Shown: positions 33,491 to 40,793, counted from the stretch's first letter. The stretch is DNA of 64,000 bases from an uncultured Bacteroidales bacterium (GCA_900317885.1 ONIM01000006.1:6975-70974), one strand, 5' to 3'. A program made the numbers and translations. Notes: generated from the letters alone by a model not told the origin.

Positions 33491-34597
33491 TTATTGTCCG
33501 AGGCGGTGGAGATGGCAGAGCATGAGGGATCCGTCCTCCCGGCGGAGGTGCATGCCGTTTCCTTCGCAGTACGTCCATGCTTTGCAGTCTTTGCAGGGTT
33601 CGAGTTGCCGCATCCAAGAGCGGTCTCGGTAGGGCTTGAAGCCGTTTTCCCATACGGACCAGAAGGAGTCGCGGTAGATGTTTCCCTGGTAGTATTTGCC
33701 GCGGATGGAGGTGCAGGCAGAGATGGAACCGTCGATGAGGATGGAAGCGACGGAGATACCGGCGGCACATTGATACAGGTGGTCCCGGACGCGCCCCTCG
33801 TAGGTGCCGAGATAACCTTCGCAGGAATAAGAGACATGCCGCCCTGCTTCGCGCTCGGAGGCAATATAATCCATGAGGTATTGGAACTGTTCGTCGGTCA
33901 GCAGGAGTTCGGGATTAGAAGCCGCGCGGCCCATAGGGTCGATGCCGAAGACACGCCAGTCTCGCACGCCGAGCGACCAAAGCATCTCACGGATTTGGGG
34001 CAGGTGGTCTATCGTGCGTTGGTTGACACAAGTGACGACGTCGAAGGCGAGGTGAGGCCCCACCCGACCTCCCCATGAAGGGGAGGAGAGAGAGTTATTA
34101 TAATCAACTATCAGTTTGATGGCACGGGTGGCACCTTCGAAAGCCAAAGGGTGCTGACGAAGCCAGACATGGTCTTGCTCGAGACCATCGCAGGAGACCG
34201 TGATAGAGCGTAAACCGGCAGAGAGGAGTTCGTGGAATTTCTGTTCGGTCAGAGCAAGTCCGTTGGTTACCATGCCCCATGGATAGCCTCGTTGCTTGAG
34301 GGCACGGCCTATCTCTGCAAGGTCTTTGCGCATGAGGGGTTCACCGCCGGAAATGATGATCAGCACTTTGTGCGGATCGACATGCGGCGTGATCTCTGTA
34401 TCAATGACCCGAAGGAAATCTTCTGCGGGCATGTCGGGTGTCTCGATGGAAGCAACGCAATCGCTGCCGCAATGCAGGCAATGCACATTGCAGCGGAGCG
34501 TGGACTCCCAGAAGAGTTGACGGAGAGGATGCAATTCCTTCAGGTTGCGGCGGCGGATGGACTCCAGCCAGAGGGCAATTTTCAAACGGAGATTCAT
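33491..34597 (-). CDS. Radical SAM enzyme with C-terminal SPASM (auxiliary 4Fe-4S) domain
   Basis: CNVHCLHCGS (CxxxCxxC) near the N-terminus, IISGGEP. C-terminal Cys-rich region (CEGYLGTYEG...YQCAAGISV...SACTSIRG...LEPCKDCKAWTYCEGNG). Translationally linked to an upstream lipoprotein gene. Confidence 0.88.
   Translation of the reverse strand: MNLRLKIALWLESIRRRNLKELHPLRQLFWESTLRCNVHCLHCGSDCVASIETPDMPAEDFLRVIDTEITPHVDPHKVLIIISGGEPLMRKDLAEIGRALKQRGYPWGMVTNGLALTEQKFHELLSAGLRSITVSCDGLEQDHVWLRQHPLAFEGATRAIKLIVDYNNSLSSPSWGGRVGPHLAFDVVTCVNQRTIDHLPQIREMLWSLGVRDWRVFGIDPMGRAASNPELLLTDEQFQYLMDYIASEREAGRHVSYSCEGYLGTYEGRVRDHLYQCAAGISVASILIDGSISACTSIRGKYYQGNIYRDSFWSVWENGFKPYRDRSWMRQLEPCKDCKAWTYCEGNGMHLRREDGSLMLCHLHRLGQ
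34058..34086 (+). repeat. GC-rich palindromic element copy 4 (CCCCACCCGACCTCCCC-ATGAA-GGGGAGG), in frame in the minus-strand rSAM gene
   Basis: Same plus-strand orientation as copies 1-3, but the gene is on the minus strand. Translated as SPSWGGRVGPH. Confidence 0.9.
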
Positions 34598-34601
34598 AAG
34601 G

Positions 34602-34629
34602 GGTTAGCGGATTAGGGGTTAGGGATTAG
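34602..34629 (+). repeat. 7-nt tandem array (GGTTAGC/GGATTAG/GGGTTAG/GGATTAG) at the lipoprotein-rSAM junction
   Basis: Read directly. The lipoprotein stop codon (34612-34614) lies inside the array. Reverse-complement relatives occur in mfd at 56234. Confidence 0.9.
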
Positions 34630-35058
34630 TATGAAATCTGCTGTCACATAAGCGTTAAAAGGTGCTTTCTCGTCTGTAGAGAGATACGTAGAATCGTAAG
34701 TTACAGGGAACGTCAGAACTTGCTCTTGGTAGAGGAAGGAAGAGTCGGTCGCCACAACGGAAATCTGCGAAGGAAGTTCGCGTCCCCTATACCGAATCAT
34801 GGTGTACCTGCCGGCTGAATCCGTCAGGGCACAATTATACGTGAGGATGTCCTTCTCGTTCGGTTCGCGGAGGTCAAAAACAGAGATATGAATCCCACGC
34901 AGGGGTTTTTGATCTGTATCTTGCACCATGCCACGCACTATCAAACGCGGCATGCCTCCCGGTTCGAAGTCGTACGGAGGACCACTCGTACCTTTTGAGC
35001 AGGAGGTGAAGAGAACAGCCGTCAGGGCAACTACTATGAGGGTATAAATTCGGGTCAT
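34612..35058 (-). CDS. rSAM-associated putative lipoprotein (CarboxypepD_reg/transthyretin-like beta-sandwich)
   Basis: Lipobox LFTSCSKG. GMVQDTDQKPLRGIHISV...TDSAGRYTMI pattern. Paralogous to the 36783..37184 product. ATGA overlap with the upstream gene. Confidence 0.75.
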   Translation of the reverse strand: MTRIYTLIVVALTAVLFTSCSKGTSGPPYDFEPGGMPRLIVRGMVQDTDQKPLRGIHISVFDLREPNEKDILTYNCALTDSAGRYTMIRYRGRELPSQISVVATDSSFLYQEQVLTFPVTYDSTYLSTDEKAPFNAYVTADFILIPNP

Positions 35059-35573
35059 GGGCGTTTATAAAATTTAGAAGAGGTCGTTCCAAATGAGGTC
35101 TCTACACGCAGGAAATAACATCCTTGCGGGAGGTTTTCCAGAGATGTATCTTCAGAAGCAACAAGGCGTCCGTTGATGTCATAAATTGCCATCTTGAACA
35201 CTCGGATGAAACCGACAAAATCGGTCTTCCAGTAACCTATGCGGATGGTGTATTGGCCGGTACGGGTAAGGGGGCAAGAGAGTTGACCGTAACTGAGGTC
35301 ATAGAAGAAATCCTCACTTTCCCAAGAGCCTGATCCTTCTTTAACGACTACAAAAGAGACGGCGTTTTGCTGGGTTGAGATGAGGAGTGTATTTCCGACG
35401 AGAGACGCCCTGAACTGATTCGGGTCGGTGGGGTCAGGCGTGCTTCCAGTAGGTCCGTCCAAAGGGGCATAAGCACCCTCGTACATGTGCAAAGGGATAG
35501 AGATCGTATCGGTGGCCGCGGAAGAAACGGCAGACACGAGAAGAAATACTATGAGCGGAAGCACTTTACGCAT
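35055..35573 (-). CDS. Small secreted protein with T9SS C-terminal sorting domain
   Basis: The ATG at 35573 gives the signal peptide MRKVLPLIVFLLVSAVSSAA. C-terminus MAIYDINGRLVASEDTSLENLPQGCYFLRVETS...KFYK. The longer ORF start at 35639 lacks a signal peptide. Confidence 0.7.
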   Translation of the reverse strand: MRKVLPLIVFLLVSAVSSAATDTISIPLHMYEGAYAPLDGPTGSTPDPTDPNQFRASLVGNTLLISTQQNAVSFVVVKEGSGSWESEDFFYDLSYGQLSCPLTRTGQYTIRIGYWKTDFVGFIRVFKMAIYDINGRLVASEDTSLENLPQGCYFLRVETSFGTTSSKFYKRP

Positions 35574-36783
35574 GGTTGAAGGCGATGGACAAGAGGGTCT
35601 CGCGAAGCTGTTTGACGCTGACGCCAAGATGTTTGGCAATCGTATATTTATCTTTTCCTATCCCACTCTCCGCGCGGAAGAGGATTTGTGCTATCTCCGC
35701 ATAAGAGAAGCCAATCAGGACGAGTACACAAATACGGATCTCCCGTTCCGAGAGGCCTTTCTGCTCCAATTTTCCGACGATGCCGGACAATCGTGCGTTG
35801 CAGATAGCGGAGAACTGCGGGTAGTCATTCCAATGCAGTTCGTCGCGCAGAGAGGTTGATTTTCGAAGGGCTCGGCATTGCGCTTCAAGGGTGCTCGTAC
35901 GTGCTCTATGACGTATAAACCACACGCAGAAGACAGCTACCAGAACGAGCAGAACGGCGGAGAGAAGGAGCACTATTTGCCTTGGTGTGAAGCGAGAAGA
36001 AGGAGGGGTTAGTGTACTCTGAGCCAGGCGGATAGCCTCCATCCATTCCGGGTCGTTACGTTCCAAAGAACGTTGGATGTCCGTGCGGGAGGAAGAGAGT
36101 GCGCGTATGTCGTCCGCGACCGCGGCTGAGTCACAATGCGAGAGGATAAAATAGACATCGTCCAGATAGCGCGGATTGTCGGTTTGTTGCAGCACTCTGC
36201 GCGCGTAAAGGAGGGCTGAGTCGTTATGAAAAAGGAACGTGTGCGCTTGCGCGCGAAGGATGTCGAGGTAGACAGAAAGAGAGGTGTCAAGGCGGCAGTA
36301 ATAGAGCGTGGAGTCGTATTCGCCGGCATAAAGACACGCGGCGGCATGAGACTCCAGAATTTTGCTTTGCACGGGTGGCTCCGAACGAACAGAAAGCGCC
36401 GAAGCAATGAGGTCTAATGCCGTCTTTTTATCGGAGAGGACGGCTTTTTCCCATGCCATATTATTGAGCGCATAAGCCTGCGCGAGAGAGTCTTCGGCAA
36501 GCGCGAATTGCTCCAGAGATTTGGCATAGAGTGCATAAGCCGTCTCGTGTTGCTCGCAGATGCGGCACATAGTAGCCATGTTACTGAAAGAACGGCCGCG
36601 GATGGTAAATTCGGAGGAACGGACGCGTGTTGCGGCAATGAAAGATCGCATCGCCTCAACGGGCTGATTCGCTTCGCGGAAGTGCTTTCCTTGCTGATAA
36701 TAAGAGTCCGCCGTCTGCTTTGAGCAAGCGGTAAAGAGGGATAAAAAGAGGTATATAGAGGCTATGTATAAAGACGAACGCAC
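35566..36783 (-). CDS. Membrane-spanning TPR-domain / LuxR(GerE)-type HTH transcriptional regulator
   Basis: GTG start. Lipoprotein-like signal (LSLFTACSKQ). TPR-like helices. TM segment IVLLLSAVLLVLVAVFCVWFI. C-terminal LSEREIRICVLVLIGFSYAEIAQIL...IAKHLGV. Confidence 0.72.
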   Translation of the reverse strand: MRSSLYIASIYLFLSLFTACSKQTADSYYQQGKHFREANQPVEAMRSFIAATRVRSSEFTIRGRSFSNMATMCRICEQHETAYALYAKSLEQFALAEDSLAQAYALNNMAWEKAVLSDKKTALDLIASALSVRSEPPVQSKILESHAAACLYAGEYDSTLYYCRLDTSLSVYLDILRAQAHTFLFHNDSALLYARRVLQQTDNPRYLDDVYFILSHCDSAAVADDIRALSSSRTDIQRSLERNDPEWMEAIRLAQSTLTPPSSRFTPRQIVLLLSAVLLVLVAVFCVWFIRHRARTSTLEAQCRALRKSTSLRDELHWNDYPQFSAICNARLSGIVGKLEQKGLSEREIRICVLVLIGFSYAEIAQILFRAESGIGKDKYTIAKHLGVSVKQLRETLLSIAFNHA

Positions 36784-37184
36784 TATTTTTTCTTGAGGTG
36801 GAAATCCTGACGGACGATGGCTGTTTCCTTGTCAGCGCCCTTTTCTTTCTGATAAACAATATTGCTGATATGCGCCGAATCGGAAGCGTATTCTCCCGAA
36901 GGATCGACCACGATAATATCAATCTCCCGCGCGCCCATCCAACTATAGTCGCGATAGATGCCCTCCTCGTTGGTGTAGGTCCGGGGCATGATAGGCTGTC
37001 CATGACTCTTGACCGTGACCTGCATAGCCTCCAGAGCACCTTCTTTCTCCGCGTCAACGATACCCCACACCTCTAATTCCGTGTCCGGGACACCATACTT
37101 CACCATATTACAACTACCAAAACCAAAAGCGGCTAATACAATAGTTAACAGCGCGTTAACAGATGTCAGAAATGTGCGTTTCAT
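36783..37184 (-). CDS. rSAM-associated-type putative lipoprotein (paralog B1)
   Basis: MKRTFLTSVNALLTIVLAAFGFGSC-NMVKYGVP. Beta-sandwich pattern (WGIVDAEKEG...TNEEGIYRDY...IDIIVVDPSGEY) parallel to the 34612..35058 product. Confidence 0.72.
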   Translation of the reverse strand: MKRTFLTSVNALLTIVLAAFGFGSCNMVKYGVPDTELEVWGIVDAEKEGALEAMQVTVKSHGQPIMPRTYTNEEGIYRDYSWMGAREIDIIVVDPSGEYASDSAHISNIVYQKEKGADKETAIVRQDFHLKKK

Positions 37185-37396
37185 ACCTTTTCCATTTTAG
37201 AGATTTCTTCCGCCTCTTTATGAAGCATTTCATCCAGCTGCTTTTGGTCATGAATAGTGTCGCGACGGTCGGGTTCGTTCATCCAATTTTCGTCCGGAGG
37301 GGCAGGGGCATAGCAGGCAGCAAAAGTGAACGCTACCCCTGTCAGTAGGCAGAGCTTGATGCTCATCCGCAAAATGTAGTCAATCATGTTTCGCAT
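37181..37396 (-). CDS. Small acidic lipoprotein (paralog A1, 71 aa)
   Basis: MRNMIDYILRMSIKLCLLTGVAFTFAAC-YAPAPP... Its N-terminal half is near-identical to the 37698..37889 product. ATGA overlap with B1. Confidence 0.6.
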   Translation of the reverse strand: MRNMIDYILRMSIKLCLLTGVAFTFAACYAPAPPDENWMNEPDRRDTIHDQKQLDEMLHKEAEEISKMEKV

Positions 37397-37421
37397 AACG
37401 GTACGGGATTAAAATTTGCTG

Positions 37422-37429
37422 CAAAGGTA
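37422..37429 (-). promoter_or_regulatory. -7 promoter box (TACCTTTG on minus strand) for the A1-to-rSAM operon
   Basis: Plus-strand CAAAGGTA about 26 nt upstream of the ATG at 37396. Confidence 0.5.
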
Positions 37430-37491
37430 GTGTGTTTTGGCGAGATATGCAAATTTTGGTGTTGGGAAATTTATTGGGATTTTATTTTGCG

Positions 37492-37692
37492 CTATGGTTC
37501 GGGCTCCTCTTCCGGGGGCATGGGAATGCCGTAAAGTTCCTCGATGTCGTCCGACTGATAGCCGGTGCTGTCGTTCTCGGGCGGCGGGCCATACTTACAC
37601 TCCGGCGCTCTGTGGCAACTGCCTATCCCTAATGCGCCGAGTAAAAGCACAATCAGGGCATTGATGCGTGTCAGAAATTTGGTTTTGAACAT
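37492..37692 (-). CDS. Small lipoprotein (paralog B2, 66 aa, truncated B-type)
   Basis: MFKTKFLTRINALIVLLLGALGIGSC-HRAPECKYGPPP. The signal peptide and KYG-P motif match B1. Pro/Glu-rich tail. Confidence 0.55.
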   Translation of the reverse strand: MFKTKFLTRINALIVLLLGALGIGSCHRAPECKYGPPPENDSTGYQSDDIEELYGIPMPPEEEPEP

Positions 37693-37697
37693 AGTAT

Positions 37698-37889
37698 TTA
37701 GTTTTTTGGGGTTTCTTCCGCTTCTTTCTGAAGCACTTCATCAACTTGCTCCTGATCCTCGACGAAAGCGGGATCGTCTTCGTAACGCGTAGGGGCAGGA
37801 CCGTAACAAGCCGCAAACGTGAACGCGACTCCGGTCAACAAGCAGAGCTTGATGCTCATCCGCAAAATCCGGTCGATGGTGTTTCGCAT
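37698..37889 (-). CDS. Small acidic lipoprotein (paralog A2, 63 aa)
   Basis: Internal ATG of ORF 37698..38183: MRNTIDRILRMSIKLCLLTGVAFTFAAC-YGPAP. The upstream part of the long ORF is low-complexity and overlaps the neighbouring gene on the same strand. Confidence 0.6.
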   Translation of the reverse strand: MRNTIDRILRMSIKLCLLTGVAFTFAACYGPAPTRYEDDPAFVEDQEQVDEVLQKEAEETPKN

Positions 37890-37914
37890 AATGGTACGTT
37901 TATAAAATTCGGCG

Positions 37915-37922
37915 CAAAGATA
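37915..37922 (-). promoter_or_regulatory. -7 promoter box (TATCTTTG on minus strand) for the A2-B2 module
   Basis: Plus-strand CAAAGATA about 26 nt upstream of the ATG at 37889, the same spacing as for A1. Confidence 0.5.
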
Positions 37923-37947
37923 TAACATTTTTTTGAAATATGCAAAT

Positions 37948-38391
37948 TTATTTGCAAAAATCGCCGGAAGTTTCTTTTCGAAGGATAGCCCGGATGAAAT
38001 TATCGATGCGGGCATAGATAGTAAAATTGCCGTCTTTGTCCTTGGGTGCGATTGGATCCGGCTTGCCTTTGAGCTGCTTGTAGAAACGGGCTTTGTAGGA
38101 ATCAAGGAGTGCTTGTTTCTCGGGCGGAAGGGGCGTCTTGTTCTTGAGGGCGTCAATGAACTCTTGCGCCATATGAGAGACATTTCCGAACGCGTTCATA
38201 TTTGCCCGTTCTCCGGCGAGAATGGGGTTGGCTTTGTAGTTGCGAGGCTTAGGGGTATAGGCTTCCAGACGGCCGACTTTAGTGACATTACCGTCGTAGT
38301 CATGGTAATGTTTGCGGCGCTCAGTCATGCCGCCTTTTTCATGAGCACCGAGCATTTCTTCGATGTGTGAGGTGTGTTTGATTTTTGCCAT
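37948..38391 (-). CDS. Hypothetical basic protein (147 aa)
   Basis: Clean ORF starting MAKIKHTSHIEEMLGAHEKGG, Lys-rich, no signal peptide. Has its own -7 box upstream. Family not recognised. Confidence 0.6.
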   Translation of the reverse strand: MAKIKHTSHIEEMLGAHEKGGMTERRKHYHDYDGNVTKVGRLEAYTPKPRNYKANPILAGERANMNAFGNVSHMAQEFIDALKNKTPLPPEKQALLDSYKARFYKQLKGKPDPIAPKDKDGNFTIYARIDNFIRAILRKETSGDFCK

Positions 38392-38472
38392 ATAAAGAGT
38401 TGGTATTTTGTGAATATTTGTTGTCGGGGCATTAAATGGGGGTTGAAATTGTAGGCGGAGAGTCCTATTATC

Positions 38473-38516
38473 TCGTACTTATGACGCACTAATCACGCAC
38501 TTATCACGCACTAATT
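38473..38516 (+). repeat. 11-nt tandem array x4 (ACGCACTAATC-type)
   Basis: tcgtacttatg/acgcactaatc/acgcacttatc/acgcactaatt. Shares the core TAATCACGC with the array at 13586. Confidence 0.9.
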
Positions 38517-38521
38517 TTGCG

Positions 38522-38529
38522 CAAAGGTA
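38522..38529 (-). promoter_or_regulatory. -7 promoter box (TACCTTTG on minus strand)
   Basis: Plus-strand CAAAGGTA upstream of the gene starting at 38391. Confidence 0.4.
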
Positions 38530-38662
38530 CTACTTTTTTTTGAGATTTGCAAGAAAAAAAGGCGGATTTTTTAGGTAAAGAATACTATATTATATATAAA
38601 TATATAATATACTTTTTGAAGGGACTTTTTGAGTGGGAAAAGCACCATCCGAGCTCTCTCCT

Positions 38663-38754
38663 GATGACATCCGGCACAATGTACACAGGAAGGACGGAGG
38701 AGGGTGGATGACATCCGGCAGAAAAGACGACGTAAATGCCGATAATATCCGGTG
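38663..38754 (+). repeat. Three dispersed copies of GAT(G/A)A(C/T)ATCCGG(C/T)(A/G) upstream of the bat operon
   Basis: GATGACATCCGGCA at 38663 and 38707 (44 nt apart). GATAATATCCGGTG at 38741. Confidence 0.85.
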
Positions 38755-38837
38755 AAAGTACTAGAAAAAGATGAGTTTGGCACAGAATTTGTAGTAAGGA
38801 GATTATCAAAGATAATTATTAAAAACACTATACAACA

Positions 38838-39827
38838 ATGCAAGTAGATATCAGAGAATTGCAAGAGCGCGTGGAGCGCGAGAGTTCCTTTGTAGATGCT
38901 TTGACCCTTGGTATGAACCAAGTCATCGTGGGGCAGAAGCACTTAGTAGAGAGTTTGCTTATCGGTCTGTTGAGCGACGGGCACATATTGTTGGAAGGAG
39001 TGCCGGGTTTGGCAAAAACCCTCGCTATCAAGACCTTAAGCGACCTCATCAAGGCTAACTTCAGCCGTATTCAGTTTACGCCGGATCTGTTGCCTGCCGA
39101 TGTACTCGGTACGCAGATCTACAGCCAAAAGAGCGAAGAGTTCAAGATCAAGAAAGGTCCGATCTTCGCTAATTTTGTGTTGGCAGATGAGATCAACCGT
39201 GCTCCCGCGAAAGTGCAGAGTGCCTTACTCGAGGCGATGCAGGAGCGCCAAGTGACCATCGGAGAGCAGACCTTCAAGCTCGACGATCCGTTCCTCGTAC
39301 TGGCTACCCAGAACCCGATTGAGCAGGAAGGTACGTATCCTCTCCCGGAGGCGCAGACCGACCGTTTCATGCTCAAAGTGGTCATCGGGTATCCGAAGAA
39401 AGAAGAGGAGCAAGCCATCATCCGGCAGAACATCGCTTCCGAGAAGAAACAGGTGCTCCCTATCCTCTCCACCGCAGATATCATCAAGGCGCGGAAGATC
39501 GTCGAGGAGGTTTATCTGGACGAGAAGATCGAGAAATACATCGTGGACATCGTGTTTGCGACCCGCGAACCGGAGAACTACGAGCTCAAGGACCTGAAGC
39601 AGATGATCGCGTTTGGCGGCAGTCCTCGTGCAAGTATCAACCTGGCGAAGGCAGCTCGCGCGTACGCGTTTATTCATAGGAGAGGCTACGTGACGCCGGA
39701 AGACGTACGTGCCGTTTGCTACGACGTACTGCGTCACAGAATCGGGCTGACGTACGAGGCAGAAGCCAACAACATTACTACAGAAGACATTATCACAGAG
39801 GTACTCAATGCGGTACAAGTTCCTTAA
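38838..39827 (+). CDS. MoxR-family AAA+ ATPase
   Basis: Walker A GVPGLAKT, Walker B FVLADEINRA. Typical ~330 aa. First gene of the moxR-DUF58-bat operon. Confidence 0.93.
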   Translation: MQVDIRELQERVERESSFVDALTLGMNQVIVGQKHLVESLLIGLLSDGHILLEGVPGLAKTLAIKTLSDLIKANFSRIQFTPDLLPADVLGTQIYSQKSEEFKIKKGPIFANFVLADEINRAPAKVQSALLEAMQERQVTIGEQTFKLDDPFLVLATQNPIEQEGTYPLPEAQTDRFMLKVVIGYPKKEEEQAIIRQNIASEKKQVLPILSTADIIKARKIVEEVYLDEKIEKYIVDIVFATREPENYELKDLKQMIAFGGSPRASINLAKAARAYAFIHRRGYVTPEDVRAVCYDVLRHRIGLTYEAEANNITTEDIITEVLNAVQVP

Positions 39828-39828
39828 A

Positions 39829-39860
39829 CTAGGAATCTAGGAAACTAGGAGACTAGAATT
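39829..39860 (+). repeat. 8-nt tandem array x4 (CTAGGAAT/CTAGGAAA/CTAGGAGA/CTAGAATT) filling the moxR-DUF58 junction
   Basis: Begins 2 nt after the moxR TAA and ends at the base before the ATG at 39861. Confidence 0.93.
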
Positions 39861-40763
39861 ATGACTTCAGAAGAGTTATTACAACGAGTTCGGAAGATAG
39901 AGATCAAGACCCACGGGCTGAGTCGGAATATCTTCGCAGGCGAGTACCACAGCCAGTTTAAGGGTCGTGGTATGGCGTTCAGCGAGGTGCGCGAGTACCA
40001 GCCGGGCGATGATGTACGCTCCATCGACTGGAACGTGACAGCGCGGATGAACCGACCGTACATCAAGGTCTATGAAGAGGAACGCGAGTTGACGGTAATG
40101 TTGCTCGTTGATGTCAGCGGCAGTCGGAACTTTGGAACCCAAAGCCAGATGAAACGCGACACGATGGCCGAAGTAGCCGCGACACTCGCTTTCTCCACCA
40201 TCGAGAATAACGATAAAGTGGGTGTGATCTTCTTCTCCGACCAGGTGGAGAAATTTATTCCGCCGAAGAAGGGTAAGAGCCACGTGCTGCATATCATCCG
40301 CGAGTTGTTGTCGTTCGAGCCCGAACACCACGGGACAGATATCAACGCGGCGCTGCAGTACCTGACGAACGCGCAGAAGAGACGGTGTACGGCGTTCCTG
40401 ATTTCGGATCTGATGGACCCAAAATTAGTCGAAAGTCGAAAGTCGAAAGACCGCTCCACTCAAAGCCAAGTAGAACCAATCGTCATCGCAAGCAGGAAAC
40501 ACGACCTGAGCGCGATACAGATCTACGACCGCCGCGATGCGGAGATGCCGAACGTGGGACTGCTGAAAGTGAAGGACCCGGAGACCGGGGCACGCGTGTG
40601 GACGGATACGGGGCTGAAGAGCGTTCGCGAGGCGTACGCCGAGGCATGGCGCAAACAGCAGGCGGCGCTCGAGACCCTTTATACGAAGACCGGCATGAAC
40701 CACGTGTCCATGCGGACGGATGAGGACTACGTGAAAAAGCTAATGATGCTTTTTCACAATTGA
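39861..40763 (+). CDS. DUF58 (vWA-like) domain protein
   Basis: FKGRGMAFSEVREYQPGDDVRSIDWNVTAR and LLVDVSGS motifs. Canonical partner of MoxR. Confidence 0.9.
   Translation: MTSEELLQRVRKIEIKTHGLSRNIFAGEYHSQFKGRGMAFSEVREYQPGDDVRSIDWNVTARMNRPYIKVYEEERELTVMLLVDVSGSRNFGTQSQMKRDTMAEVAATLAFSTIENNDKVGVIFFSDQVEKFIPPKKGKSHVLHIIRELLSFEPEHHGTDINAALQYLTNAQKRRCTAFLISDLMDPKLVESRKSKDRSTQSQVEPIVIASRKHDLSAIQIYDRRDAEMPNVGLLKVKDPETGARVWTDTGLKSVREAYAEAWRKQQAALETLYTKTGMNHVSMRTDEDYVKKLMMLFHN
40421..40452 (+). repeat. 7-nt tandem array (GTCGAAA x3, preceded by AAATTA) in frame in the DUF58 gene
   Basis: aaaattagtcgaaagtcgaaagtcgaaagacc. Encodes KLVESRKSKDR. Same element and same reading frame as in murD. Confidence 0.93.
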
Positions 40764-40765
40764 TA

Positions 40766-40793
40766 ATTTATGATTTATGATTTATAATTTATT
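40766..40793 (+). repeat. 7-nt tandem array x4 (ATTTATG/ATTTATA/ATTTATT) at the DUF58/next-gene junction
   Basis: Same unit as at 18384. It supplies the ATG at 40777. Confidence 0.9.

Noticed and set aside
33330-34078. ORFs 33330..33770, 33430..33864 and 33461..34078 overlapping the rSAM gene, considered as possible precursor-peptide genes.
   Set aside because: All are alternative frames or antisense of the rSAM CDS. They are Pro/Arg-rich and lack start context. The intergenic stretch 33314-33490 contains no short ORF with a plausible start.
38571-38942. 123-aa minus-strand ORF (and 38585..38809, 38828..39052) in the region upstream of moxR.
   Set aside because: It overlaps the moxR start and the AT-rich/repeat promoter region. 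Its composition is low-complexity, and it has no signal or motif.
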